From NCBI RefSeq assembly GCF_018350175.1, contig NC_058368.1, positions 179,244,001 to 179,308,000 on the forward strand: DNA of 64,000 nucleotides. The letters are read 5' to 3'. The notes beneath the pieces are model-generated. The model saw nothing but the letters and a program-made list of their open reading frames with translations. It was not told the DNA's origin and searched no databases. This document shows, piece after piece, positions 25,167 through 41,721 of this stretch. Within the stretch, counting starts at the first letter, position 1; every line of letters starts with the position of its first letter. The translations under genes and the position numbers were made by a program. Source of the stretch: Felis catus. Taxonomy: Eukaryota.

Positions 25167-25356
25167 TTGTCTCTCTCTCTCCCCCATGTCCCACAGAAGA
25201 AAGGCCATGAAAGAAGGTGGCATCTACAAATCAGGAAGAGAGCCCTCACCAAGGAATGGGCCAGCACCTTGATCTTAGACTTCTCAGCCTTCAGAACTGT
25301 GAGAAATAAATTCTCTGTTGTTTAAGTATTTTGTTATTGTAGACTGGCACAGACTC
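24935..25356 (+). mobile_element. MaLR (MLT1A/B-like) solo LTR with internal (CT)n
   Basis: AAATTCATATGTTGAAGCCC...GTATTTGGAGATAGG...CCTTGATCTTAGACTTCTCAGCCTTCAGAACTGTGAGAAATAAA. Confidence 0.8.
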
Positions 25357-27568
25357 TCCACAACTGTAGAGACCCTATGACTCATGGTTCAGAATACAGT
25401 ACATGTTCTAGAGTCAACATCTGGGTTCATTTGGAGGCTGTGTTTCTCTGTAGCAGTGTTACCTTTAACAAACTTCTTAGCCTTTCTAAGACTCAGTTTC
25501 TTCAAGTACAAAATGAAATAATCAAAGGAGCTAATTCAATAGGTCATTGTGTAGTTTAATACTTTTTAAACATTTAGCATGATGTCAGTAATGTCAGCTA
25601 TTATTAAGAGCATTGTCTCAGCTAAGATGTCACTCCCTCTGGGACAGAAAAGAGTTCCCCTTTTCTGAGTCCTTATCCTAGAGCATGTCATTTATGTACA
25701 GTTTTATAGCACCCTGGGCTTATCCTTTTGGAACACTTACAACAGTTTACAGTAATTTGTGTCATTTATGTCTTCCTGCCTCACTAAATTGTAAGCTATT
25801 TGAGGCTAGAAAGGCCTTTATATGTTTTACTCACTGTGGTTTCTCTTGGCAAGGGTCATAGTGCATGGGAGAGCTAGGTGCTAAAGTCAAGTTTCCTTAA
25901 TGAATGAAAAATGAAATTCATTAATTTAAATGAGGACTCTGTAAATGGAGAGAACTAAGTAACTTGTATTCTTAATTCTGAATCAAATATGCAGAAAATG
26001 TATTAACTGTGAAACAAATTAAATGTCTCAGAGATGGTATGCCAAATGTGTAGTTTAGGATATTTGATAACCTTTGAAATTTTAATCACTTCGTTCACTT
26101 ATGATAATATGTGTCCCTCACTTGAATCAGTTTTTCTTCATTGAGAATTTACATATTGATGTAATTTCTTTAATTCAGGAATTTTAAATTATACTTAGGA
26201 ACCTGGTGTAAAAAATAACCCTATGGGAGGGCCTGTAAAGCAAAGCATTTTTGGCCAAAGGAAATGTTCACTTTTATGTAAATATAGACTTGTATTAAAT
26301 TATTTTAAAGGAAGATCCACCCTTGATTAACTTAAAGTTTTAAAACTCACGTTTTCCTGATATTTTATCATGTCATGGACAGGTTTATCTATTTCGTGCA
26401 AAACAAAATATGTTGTCTTATTAATTTTCCAAAAATAGAAAATATTAAAAAGGGTGTATAATTGCAGTAATTCTTAAAGTCTTTTGGTTATGAAATGCCC
26501 AACTAAGTAAGATAGCCCAAAAGCATAATAATGAGAAATGTATGAGAAGTATTAGTTATTCATATTTAAAAAGGTAATCTTATGTTTACAAAGTTTTGAG
26601 AAAGTGTTTTGTGGGTCTTACATACCTTAGACAGATAGTAAAACTCCCTTTTTCCTACCATGGTGATAAAACTTTAGGAAGCCTTGATATGGGATATGAT
26701 CCTTTCTTCAAATATTGGTTTACCATTTTATTTGCCTCTGCATTATCAGGCAGGATGCTTGGACCCTGGCTTCATCACAGATGAACCCCATCAACTCCCC
26801 TATGACCTACTACATGCTGGCAGTACTTGGTTACTTTTGATAAATTGGTCAGTCTTGTGAAATACTTCTCTGAGCTGAAGTTCTGGAACTTGTCAGGTGT
26901 CCTCTCTGACACTCATGTCTTCCTTCGGCTCTCAGATTACCCAACCAGCTGGGGCAAAGCCCATTTTCTCCCACAAAGCATGCTTCTTTGGAAATTTGGA
27001 TCTATTGGCTTTTGGCACTAAAAAGTAACACTCTTGCACTTTTTGTCAGATCAGTACTGAATAATCTCTCTGGGGTGAGTAGAGTAACCTTTTAAATGTT
27101 GGAAGAGTAACAATTCCATAGACCAATGTGCATTTACAATTTGTATGAAAACTCATAGGAATACAGTGTACCTTTTGACTGCATTTGAATATAGCAAGGC
27201 CCAAATCTCTATGAACAAAATAGGTATGTCTTATGAATTACATCGGCATGTAATTATTATTATTATATATGACTGAAGGCAGGGAGTTACGAAAGGGTCT
27301 TGGTGACTGTTATCCTCCTACCAATAAAACTCCTGCCAAAGGGATTATTAATAAGCGTCCTATAAACAGAGGCAGAGTTAAGTTCTTGAAAACAGCATAT
27401 CTTTCACAGGATTTAAATCTCCCAGTCAAAGGGAAAAATAGGTTAAAAAAACTAACATCTTGTCTATTCTTAAATATGATGGGAAGGTCTGATTTCATTC
27501 CAACTGCCACAAAAATAAGCAGTGCTACTCTCAGTCTAAGAAATAGATACACGTATGTACATTTCAAA

Positions 27569-27962
27569 GAGTGGTTTCCAAACTTTGTTCTACATTAGAA
27601 ACACCTAATATAGAACATTAATGAGGAGCTTTTACAACTCCTGATGCTCAGGCTGTACCCAACACTAATTAAATTGGAATGTCTGGGGGTGGGTGCCAGG
27701 CATCAGTAAGTTTTACAGATCCCTGGGAGAATGCAACGTGCAGCAAAGTTTGGGAACCCGGGTTAACACAGGCATGCACTCGCTCCTGCACTCCAGCTTT
27801 TCTTTACTGCCTCTTTAGCTCAATGGTTCTCAACCTGACTGCCCATTAGAATCACAGAAAATGTTTTTAAAAAATCCCATTCTTATTCATTTGGTATAAG
27901 AATCAGAAATGTTTGGCTCTTTCGCAGGTGACTCTAATGTACAACCATGGTGGAATCACTGG
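27569..27962. mobile_element. Two adjacent MER5-type hAT MITEs (~27569-27762 and ~27821-27962)
   Basis: AGTGGTTTCCAAACTTT...AAAGTTTGGGAACC and CAATGGTTCTCAACCT...GGAATCACTG inverted ends. Confidence 0.7.
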
Positions 27963-28131
27963 GCTAGCTGATTATATAAAGAGGTAGGATAAGGTGGGTC
28001 CTTTAGTCTTTTTCTGGCAGTTAAGAGCTTTCTACATTTTTAAATTATTGTTCACATGCTTTGTTGAATGAATTTTTTCTTCAGTTCACTAGACGGTAAA
28101 GTCCAACCATTTTCCTGAATCCATTGGTGGT

Positions 28132-28310
28132 AGGATTGTCCAATAAAATACAGGACAGCCAGTTAAATTTGATTTCAGCCACACAATGAATAATTTTTAG
28201 TACAGGCATGCTCATGCAATATTTGGGATATATGATAAAAAAACATTATTTATCAGAAAGTCAAGTTTAACTGGTGTCCTGTGTTTTTATTTGCTACTTC
28301 TGATCATGTT
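28132..28310. mobile_element. MER53-like palindromic MITE
   Basis: ATAAAATACAGGACAGCCAGTTAAATTTGA ... TCAAGTTTAACTGGTGTCCTGTGTTTTTAT are reverse complements. Confidence 0.8.
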
Positions 28311-30043
28311 AAGTAGTGGGAGAACATGGCTCATGCTTGGGAAAATCAGCAGCTGAATTTAGTGAGACTTTCATCCTTATAATCTTCAGGGTTTATGGTC
28401 TCTGTCTTTTAGCTCTTACCCTTCTAGCTGTAGAGGTGGTAGATAAAAAGGCAGGAGCAGTTTGGGAATTAAAAGCTGCTTAAAATCCTGCAGTGAGCCA
28501 AGTATTTACCCACAATTCCTTTTGCTTAGGGTATCATCGAGTGACTAACAGGGGGCAAGCATAAGCACTATGCAAGAAAATAGAACATGGAAAGGGGTAA
28601 AGATCTGAGTCTTCAGTATAAGCTTTAGTTTCAGGAACCCAAGTTCTTCACGTGCTCTCAAGACGATTGCCATTTTGAGCCTTTTGTATGACTTTTAAAT
28701 GGTTCAGAATTGCTTCTTTAAAAAGTATTTCTTCTAATCTACCTGAATATTAGATGCTTGCTGCTTCAGCTGGTGTTGAGATAGTTTACAGGTGAAACTG
28801 TTCTCAGAGCATAGCTTACTGAGTCTGAACTAATGGAAACTTTAGATTGTCCCCTGCAATCTTTTAAGAACTCCGTCATCTCAAGCGGCTTCCCAAATGG
28901 TCTGGATGCCTTTCAGCCCCATCCTCTAAGGACTGTGCACCATAAGCTGATTACTGAAATTTCCTTCCTCCCCACCATCCCAAATAGGCCTTGAATTGTA
29001 AATAAAAGCTGTGGGTAGGTATATTTCTTGGCCGATAGCAGGCTTTGTACAAAGGGAAAAGGAGCAAGATTTCACGATAATTCCCAGAAAGCAGGTGTTG
29101 TAATAATGATTTTAGCAAATCGGAGCCTGACATTTTGATGAACATCTCTTGAGCACCCCTCATAATTTCCTCTATTGCAGAGATAGGCAAACAGGTAATA
29201 TGTCAAATCCCCATTTTCTGGTCCAAGTTTACTAATAGAAGGAGGTGAAACAGGTGAAGCACATTAACTTTTAACCTGTTAACATTGATTTTTTTCACTA
29301 AGCGTTAGATGTTTAAAAGGGAAATGCACGCTGGCAGAAAGGAGACAAGACAGAGGGTGATAGGAAGGGGCTGAAAGCTGGCCTGCATCATGGAACATAT
29401 TTGCAAGCCAGCTGGGCCCATGTGCAGATGTTTTTATAGGAATAAGAAGGAGGGGCAAGTGTTCTAATATTCAGTGCATTAATGAAGTAGTGGAATTTCT
29501 CTTTCTGTGATGCTGCTCCTTTCTGTGGCTGGAGGTGAGGTTAGAGGATCAGAGGCTTTGAGATAAAATTATTATTCAAACTGAGTTCAAGGAAATTGCT
29601 TACAGTGATAGTAATGCTTTTTTCCAAGTTCACTTAAAACGGGTTAATTTTTTAGTATGCTGACTCTGAAAACCAAAGAGCCACATGTTAATTTGCCTAT
29701 GGATAAAACAATCAAATCATCATCATATACTTTTTTCATAGGTGGGCAGACATGTACCTAGTTGGAGAAAATAGTTTTAAAATTGATCTTCTTGAGTCTA
29801 AATGTTGAGCATGTTTTAGGGCAATAGAAGTTAAGTCCTCCCTTACCCAAATGGTCAGCTTGGTCTTCCACTTTTTGCCTGAATGCTTCAGTACCATGTC
29901 TATGCAGCATGCATTCCAGAAAATGGAGGAAGTCAACTTTTCTATGTTAGTTGGAGGTTTACAAATTGATGGCCCACTGTTTGGCGCACATAGTGCAGGA
30001 AAAGGGGGGGAAAACACCTTTGAGCCAAAATTAGGAACGAGAG

Positions 30044-30048
<5 letters not shown>

Positions 30049-30080
<32 letters not shown>
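30049..30080. repeat. (AC)n microsatellite
   Basis: Direct reading. Confidence 0.95.
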
Positions 30081-30083
<3 letters not shown>

Positions 30084-31999
30084 CATGCACATAGAAATTT
30101 GGATTGCCGGCTTCTCTTGAAAATTTAGATTTGGTTATGCTGTGCCCACATTCTCATGGCAACACCTTTGTATTTTTCTGGACACATGTTTTCCAGTTTA
30201 CTGTAGTGCCTGTCACTGAATCATTGGTTTTATTTATTCAGTGAAATAGGTGAGATATAAGGAGACATTGATTGTACCTTTATTTATGGTTCCTATATAT
30301 ATTTGAATTTATCATCTATGATATGAGGCTAGACTAGATTATATTATTGCTCCAATGTCTTTCAAGTTGATTCTGTGATTCTTATATAAATGGTTTTTAA
30401 TATTGTTGGAGATTATCTGATACTTTGCTTGAGCAAAGAACTTGACTGTATTGTAGCTCTAAAAGTCACTTCTGTCCTATGTCAATTTAGTCTGCTTAAA
30501 GTGTGAATGAATTTATGACTAACAGAATAACTCATAAGTTAATTTTCTTCTTTGGCTGTGTTTTCATTGATGGGAATTAAAGAGATCATCTGGATAAGCT
30601 TATTTATAAATGGACAGCAGAACTAAATAATTTGAATGTTCAGAAGTGATTGCCTGTGAAGGTAAAATCTGGCAATGAGATGTTCAACTGCTGACTCCAC
30701 CTAGTATCAGACAACTTAACACAAGGAAGTACCTTAGGGATAAAATCCACCCCCTTTGTTTGACAGATGAAACTGAATTTAAGAGAAGTAAAGCCATTTA
30801 TTCTTAATCACGCTATAGATTTGTGTCAAAGCTGGGCCTAAATCCATCTCTTTTGACTTTAACCAAAGCCAGTGTTATTTCTTTTATGCTTAATTGCCTC
30901 TAATTATATAGATACAGTTTCGGGTTTATTTCTCAGTTTTCATTGTTATTCTAATAAGCATTATTTACAATAAAAATTATTACAACTTTGTCATACCTAT
31001 GCACTTTATAGTTATCAAAATTATTTATGATGAAATTATAAATCATTTCATAGGTACTTTACTTGAAAATATGAAAATGACCCTTAATAATAAAAAGTTT
31101 ATAATTCATAGTTTAATTTTAAAAGACTTCCAAACAATAGGAAATGCTAACAATATTTGTCTTTGTATAATTTTAGATAGCTTCCCTACTTCTTTCCTGT
31201 TATTTTCTGTTTGTCCAAATTTTCCATGATGAATCTATATCATTTTTATAATTGTTAGAATTTTAAAACAGTTATATAAAAGAAACAAAGGCAAATACAG
31301 CTTAATAAAGACATGAAACACTTATATGAAAGTAAAATGTTCTCACACCTCATTCAGTCCTATGAATGGGATGTAAAGACCATTTCCTGTGACTCAAACA
31401 TGCACACACAAAGAGAAAGGATTTGACACTTTCCCACAGTGAAAGAAAAATGTCTGGTGGCCATGATTGCAAGGGGCATGTGCTGAGGGCTGTGACCTAG
31501 AGTGCATTCCAGGCTGAGTAACGCTGACTTTAAAATTGAAAATCCAGCAGTTCCAACCCTCTGAATCATGATCCTTTACAGTATCTGGCTAATTGACTTA
31601 GCCCAATCTTCTAGCATGGACTTGTCAAAAAATTTTTTTTTTTTTTTTGAAATTCTGAAAGCTAAGGAAAATTCAGATTTTGATTTACTTTTGTCTAGTG
31701 TTAGGAAATGTAAAGGAAATTTGCACCCAACATCTAAAGGCTACTGCAACAGCTGCATGGTTACCAGGGGAAGAATTTACTTGGATGGAGAGAGAAAATA
31801 CTTCTTTATAAGTAACCTGTTTTTATGACTCCTGTTTCTGGGAAACCTGATATATACAATGCACCTCTGAGTATTAGAGGTCAAGTTCTGACTGTGTTTT
31901 TATTAAATATTTGACTGTTTTATGTTTTATTGTAATCACTAAGTTTGAGATCTGGGTGATTAAAGAGCTTGTCTGTAAGGAACTTGCCACTGTCTCTCT

Positions 32000-32004
<5 letters not shown>

Positions 32005-32056
<52 letters not shown>
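32005..32056. repeat. (CT)n(AT)n compound microsatellite
   Basis: Direct reading. Confidence 0.9.
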
Positions 32057-33879
32057 CCTTCTCCCTCCTCTTTCCTTCTACCTCTCTCTATATATTTTGA
32101 AAATACTAAGTTTAAAAATAAGGATCAGTCTACTTTCTCACGCTTTTTAATTTTGATTTCTTAAGAAGATGAAGCATCAGAGAATATTGCATAGCTCGGT
32201 GTTGATTGAACAATTACTGGCCTCAGTCCTTTAATGTCCTTTCTGCAAAGGCAGGATGCTTGAGAGAATAGTATTGACAAATACATCCAGTGTTTTTTGT
32301 CTGCTAGAAAAGCATCATTTTACTTACTTTCCCTTTATCATGAGAAGGGACACACACCCATCTTACAAGACGATATTTTAGGACTCCAGATAACCTATTT
32401 TAATTATGAATCTCAATAAAATAGTGCATCAAGTTTTTCTATCAGCAGTTAGCTCTTAGCAGGACTGTTCCCTTTTTAAATTTTTATTATGTTTTCGGAT
32501 AAATCATAACCTCTTTTAATATCTAAGTCAGCACTAACACACACACACACACACTTACCTCTAATCTGCTAGCTGTATCTATAAACCTTCCTAATATAGT
32601 TGGGATGTAGAACTGCTTCTGCTTCTGCTTCTAGAGTTGGACAAAAGAGCCCTTCGACAAGGCCTAGTGATACTTCACATAACACAGGCATGAAATTTCC
32701 TCCCTCCTGTTTTCCCCACTAAGTATAATTTACCAAAGTAAATTTCATATTTTCTTTCTCAGAGTCAGAGTGATGAGCTCTGGCTGGGAATGCTGAGACT
32801 CTGACACACAGCCAGGAGGGTACTTAGAATCTAAGTGACAAAAGAGTACTTCAGTTTAGAAGGAAGAGTAATTGAAAAATCTCAGGCTGTTCCATGCAGT
32901 TCTTCTTAAGTGATTCCTGGAAACAAACTTTTATAGTCAAACTCCCTCTCACTCATGAGTCTTCTTGCTTCTAACCCTACAATGACATAGGTATAAAATA
33001 AAACACATTTACAGTTGCAGATGTGAGTAAAGAAAATTCCAAAGAGCAACCTTAACACAAGTTTTGGCTTCTTTTAAAAGTCTTTTAAAATAACTTTTCA
33101 AAAAGTTGTAGGTTTAAAATGCTACTTAGGTTGGAGAATAAGTAAAGTTTTTATATTGCCTTATACTTTATGAAACACTTACAGGTAGATTACATTATTT
33201 AGCAGAAAAAAATAAAAGAGTCTCCCCAGTAGAAAATGGGTTGTGCAATTTAGTCAGATCCCTGAGTGAGTGTGAGGTATTAATATTCAGCACAATGTGC
33301 AAACTTGGGAGGGAGAAACTTGGACAGGCAGTGGAATAAACGTGACTGGGGAAGCACCTAGTTCTGAAAGCTTCAGCTGGTGGAATGGGTAAGTCCTGCC
33401 ACCAGAGACAGACAAATGTTGGTTCTAATCTCTACTTTACTTCTTTATAGAGAGTGGCCTAAGAGTGGAGGTTTGGGTGACATTTCTTGGATCCAAATCC
33501 TGCATTCATAACTTATTCTGTGACCTTGTTATCCTCATGGTGTTTCTGTTTTCTCATCACAGAATAGAGACAATAATACCAACTAGTACATAGTGCTGTG
33601 AGGATTGAATGAGATCTGATATGCATTATGATTGGAAAGGTGCTGGCACAGTTCATCTGTAATAAATAACAGTGAGCCACTGTTAATGTGTAACCTTAAT
33701 AAAGGCCAGTCACGTGACTGCTCCCTATCTCAATGTCCTCATATAATAAAAGGGGAGAGGAGAATTATTGTAAGGATTAACTGAGAGCATGTTAATTTAA
33801 TTTTAACCTTTTTATTAAAAATACTGTAAACAGACACAAAAGTAGAGACTAATGTGACCTTGGTTCCTGGTTCTGCATG

Positions 33880-34334
33880 TAAGGAACTTGGAAGTTGCCT
33901 CTCTTGTTCTAACAAGTAAAAGTCAAACAAACTTAAAAAATAATAACTCTTCTAGGATATGTAAAAGTGGGGAAGATGCAGGACATACCACTGCCCTCAA
34001 GATTGGAGAGTCAGAGAGATGAATACAAGGAGGCATGACTTCCTGGAACAGAGACTTACAAGCAGGTACCAGTGGGGGAACAAGTGCCAGGTAGGAAAAC
34101 CCAAATCATAATTGACGAATTGCTGGAGGCTCAATGCAGACAAGTCTCAGAGTTAAAAACAACAGGGAGGGGGCACCTGGGTGGCTCAGTCAGTTAAGCG
34201 TCCGACTTTGGCTCAGGTCACGATCTCGCGGTTTGTGAGTTCAAGCCCCGTGTCCGGCTCTGTACTGACAGCTCTTACGGCTCAGAGCCTGGAGCCTGCT
34301 TTGGATTCTGTGTCTCCCCACCACCTCTGCCCTT

Positions 34335-34404
<70 letters not shown>

Positions 34405-35140
34405 GAAAAAAAAACACAACAGGGAGATGCAGGCATAAGGGGACTCCACCCCCCCCCACAACAATATTGTGAGATTTACCAGATTCCCATGGTAAATATG
34501 GGAGAAAAATCCCATCATGCTTCCAGCAAAAGGAGGGGAAAATAAACCAGTTTGAAATATGCCGGAGCACTCTCTTCTTAACAAGACCTGCCATCAGGAG
34601 CAGCTAGTTAACCAGAGCCTAACCTGGCAAGCTATCATCAGAGCCTAACTGACCTGGGGAAGGGAAATACCCAATTTCAGCTGGCTCCAGCCACCTTGTG
34701 CCACCTAACAGGGGAGAAAAGGAACTGAGAAAGACTTGTGAAGTTCACAGTCCTGACATAGGCTCACTAAAAGACTGAAACCTGATCATAGGACTATAGA
34801 GTATCTCTCCCCAGCCACTACCACATTATGAAAGACCTATTTACAACAATACCTTTACCCCAAAACATCATATCTGGCTATCAAGAAAAAAATTACATGG
34901 CATACCAAAAGTAAAAAGCAAACAAACAAACAAAAAATATCACACAGTTTAAAGAGATAGAGCAAGCATCAGAACCAGACATGGCAGGATGTTACAATTA
35001 TCAGACTGAGAATTTAAAACAGCAATGATTAATATGCTAAGGGCTCTCTTGGATAAAAGAGACAGCATGCAAGAACAGATGGGCAATGTAAGCAGAAAGA
35101 TGGAAATCAAAGAAAAAAATCAAAAAGAAATGCTAGGGAG
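33880..35140 (+). mobile_element. Ancient L1 (L1M/L1MC-type) 5'UTR-ORF1 fragment, interrupted by a SINE
   Basis: AGAGCAAGCATCAGAACCAGACATGGCAGG...ATTAATATGCTAAGGGCTC...CAGCATGCAAGAACAGATGGGCAATGTAAGCAG resembles old L1 ORF1. Confidence 0.65.
34170..34414 (+). mobile_element. Can-SINE with expanded (CT)n
   Basis: TSD ACAACAGGGAG (34159-34169 / 34416-34426). Confidence 0.92.
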
Positions 35141-35293
35141 ACTAATGTAAATAATTCCATTTGCCCATCATCAAGTTTTAACAATGACCTCTTTTTGCTA
35201 TTTCTGTTTCAATTACTACCCCATCAATTTTTTTCTGAGACTTTTTGAGAAAATTTCAGACATTATTTAACCATAAATTCTTCACCATGCAGA

Positions 35294-35571
35294 TGTAGTA
35301 GATTGTTTGCAGAATGGCCGCAATGATTCTTCTGCGTATAATGTGAATTGCGATATGACTTGGTGTCTCCTCCAGTTAGGAAGTGGAGTCTGTTTCCAGT
35401 CTTGGGACGTGCCTTGACTAATGAATGTGAAAAACGTGATATTGTAGGATTCCAAACCTCCAAAAATTGCCCACCTGAGCCCAATCCAAGTTGCCGACCT
35501 TACAGAATCATGAGTAAATAACACTACTAAGTCTGGGGTGGTTTACTGTGCAGCAATAGATACCTAACACA
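35294..35571 (+). mobile_element. MaLR (MLT1-type) LTR fragment
   Basis: Begins TGTAGTAGATTG; ends GGGGTGGTTTACTGTGCAGCAATAGATACCTAACA. Confidence 0.6.
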
Positions 35572-35772
35572 GTGATGTGTTTTTAAAAGTGCCTAACATA
35601 GGTCTTCAAACATAAAAAACATTATTTTGCCGTCCTGTCCAGGAGACTGAACTCACAAGGTTTGAGACGTTTTGTAACTCTGAGAGAGATTGTCAGCATG
35701 CTAGGTTTAGTGTGGCATTAATTCCATGGCATTAATGCTAAGATAGTCTTTCGTGGCTGAATTAGATATTTC

Positions 35773-35943
35773 TTTTTTTTTTTAATATATGAAATTTATT
35801 GTCAAATTGGTTTCCATACAACACCCAGTGTTCATCCCAAAACGTGCCCTCCTCAATACCCATCACCCACCCTCCCCTCCCTCCCACCCCCCATCAACCC
35901 TCAGTTTGTTCTCATCCAGATGGCCAACAGGCACATGAAAAGA
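35773..35943 (-). mobile_element. Short L1 insertion with 5' inversion
   Basis: T-tail plus L1 3'UTR (35773-35913), then an inverted ORF2 piece; perfect TSD TGAATTAGATATTTC (35758-35772 / 35944-35958). Confidence 0.9.
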
Positions 35944-37094
35944 TGAATTAGATATTTCAACTTAAGGTACAGAATGCTGATCCTTGACCCAAGCTTTATT
36001 GGGTCACCGTCTCCTTTGAGAATCTGATGAAGTCTATAGAAATTCTTCCTGGAAAAGAATTCCCATGTACACAGATCACCTTGCATGTGCATCCACATTT
36101 GTAGTGCCCACATGCACGTGAAAGTTTACTTACATTGTAGGGACTCATGAGCCAGTCACCTTAGGTGAATGCTGAATCCCCCTGGCTGCATTATCAGTGC
36201 TAATGGCCGAAGAACCAGTTTATGACTATTTCCTAGGCATTTGCTTCCATTGCGATTGCTGTTACAGCTACTAGTGAATGAGGAGGAACTGTTGGTAAGG
36301 GTCTGGCTGGATTTCAGATTTAGAGTCTAAAAGCTTCTTCATCAATGCTTGGTTTAAACAGATCTGTTTTAAGGCCCTTCAAAGCTTTTAGCTCATTTGT
36401 CCCACTCCTACCCAGACCTTGCTTTTTAGACCAAGCTCTGGATGACAGAATGCTCAGGAAGTTGGCAGCTGCCCACAGAACCTCAGCAGCTGCATTTTAC
36501 CATGCTGCTAGCACTGTCCGGTGTGCTGGATGCTTCCACGTGACTTTGCTGTCCATTTCATGAAGATTGTAATTGGTTATTTATTAGGATTGTGCAAACT
36601 ATAAATATTTGTTCATATTTTACACTGTTTAATTGTTGTCAATACTAGTGTGTTCAAGATCTTATTGATGGAGATGGCTAGCTCTTCGGCCATTGAGTCC
36701 ATCTCTTGCTAATACTCCATAGTGTCCAGTATTCTCCAGCAATAGGTAGAGCTGGATGGAAACAAGGGCATGCTGAAGACTAGAGAGCCATCCCCAAACT
36801 CAGGTGCACTGAGAAGTTGGAATGCCTGTAATTCAAAATTAAAGTAACTTGATTGTTTTTAAGAAATATAAATCAAAAGTGTTATTAATAAACATAAAGT
36901 AGTACCCACCCCATATCACTTATTACTCTCTTTCCTCTTTGCTTTATTCTTTGTAACAACACTTACCACCTTGCATAATAATACACATTTATTTGGTTAT
37001 TGTTTGCCTTCCTTTATTTTAATGTAAGATTTATTAGAACATGGACTTTATAATGCCAGCACAGTGACTGGCACATAGTAGGTTCTCAGTAATT

Positions 37095-37466
37095 ATTTTA
37101 ATTTTCTTTTGAATAAATTAATTTAAAATTGATTCAACAATTCTATACATTACTTGGTGCTTATCACAGTAAGTGTACTCTTAATCCTGTCCACCTATTT
37201 TACCCATCCCCCTACCTCCTCTCCTCTGACAACTACCAGTGTGTTCTTTATATTTAAGAGTCTAGGTTTTTTTGTTTGACTCTTTTTTCTTTGTTTTGTT
37301 TTTTAAATTCCACATATAGTGAAATCATATGGTATTTGTATTTCTCTCACTGACTTATTTATTTCACTTTGCGTTATGCTGTCTAGATCCATCCATGTTG
37401 TTGCAACTGGCAAGATTCCATTATTTTTTATGGCTGAGGAATATTCCATTGTATATATACCACATC
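37095..37466 (-). mobile_element. Older L1 3' fragment, left half (host of the full-length L1)
   Basis: L1 3'UTR/ORF2 end (MEYSSAIKNNGILPVATTWMDL); resumes at 44594. Confidence 0.85.
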
Positions 37467-37799
37467 TTTTTTTTTTTTTTTTTTGAATCAAGCTTCTAGT
37501 ATTTATTGTCTGTATCAGGGAGGGACCATTTCTTTTCTTTTTTTTTTAATTTTATTTTTTTTAATTTACATCCAAATTAGTTAGCATATAGTGCAACAGT
37601 GATTTCAGGAGTAAATTCCTTAATGCCCCTTACCCATTTAGCCCATCCCCCTTCCATAACCCCTCCAGTAATCCTCTGTTTGTTCTCCATATTTTAAGAG
37701 TCTCTTATATTTTGTCCCCCTCCCTGTTTTGATATTATTTTTGTTTCCCTTCCCTTATGTTCATCTGTTTTGTCTCTTAAAGTCCTTGTATGAGTGAAG

Positions 37800-41650
<3,851 letters not shown>

Positions 41651-41721
41651 TATGTTGCTTGTAGAGTTGGAGTTTCTGGTGGTGTTCTCTGGTCCTTTCT
41701 AATCTTTGTTGCTTTTGGTAT

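Noticed and set aside
34181..34594. ORFs with SLSLSL/ERERER runs (and VCVC/THTH ORFs elsewhere)
   Set aside because: Translations of SINE (CT)n tracts and microsatellites.
35713..35741. Small palindrome GCATTAAT...ATTAATGC
   Set aside because: An 8-bp stem is expected by chance in 64 kb; no supporting context.
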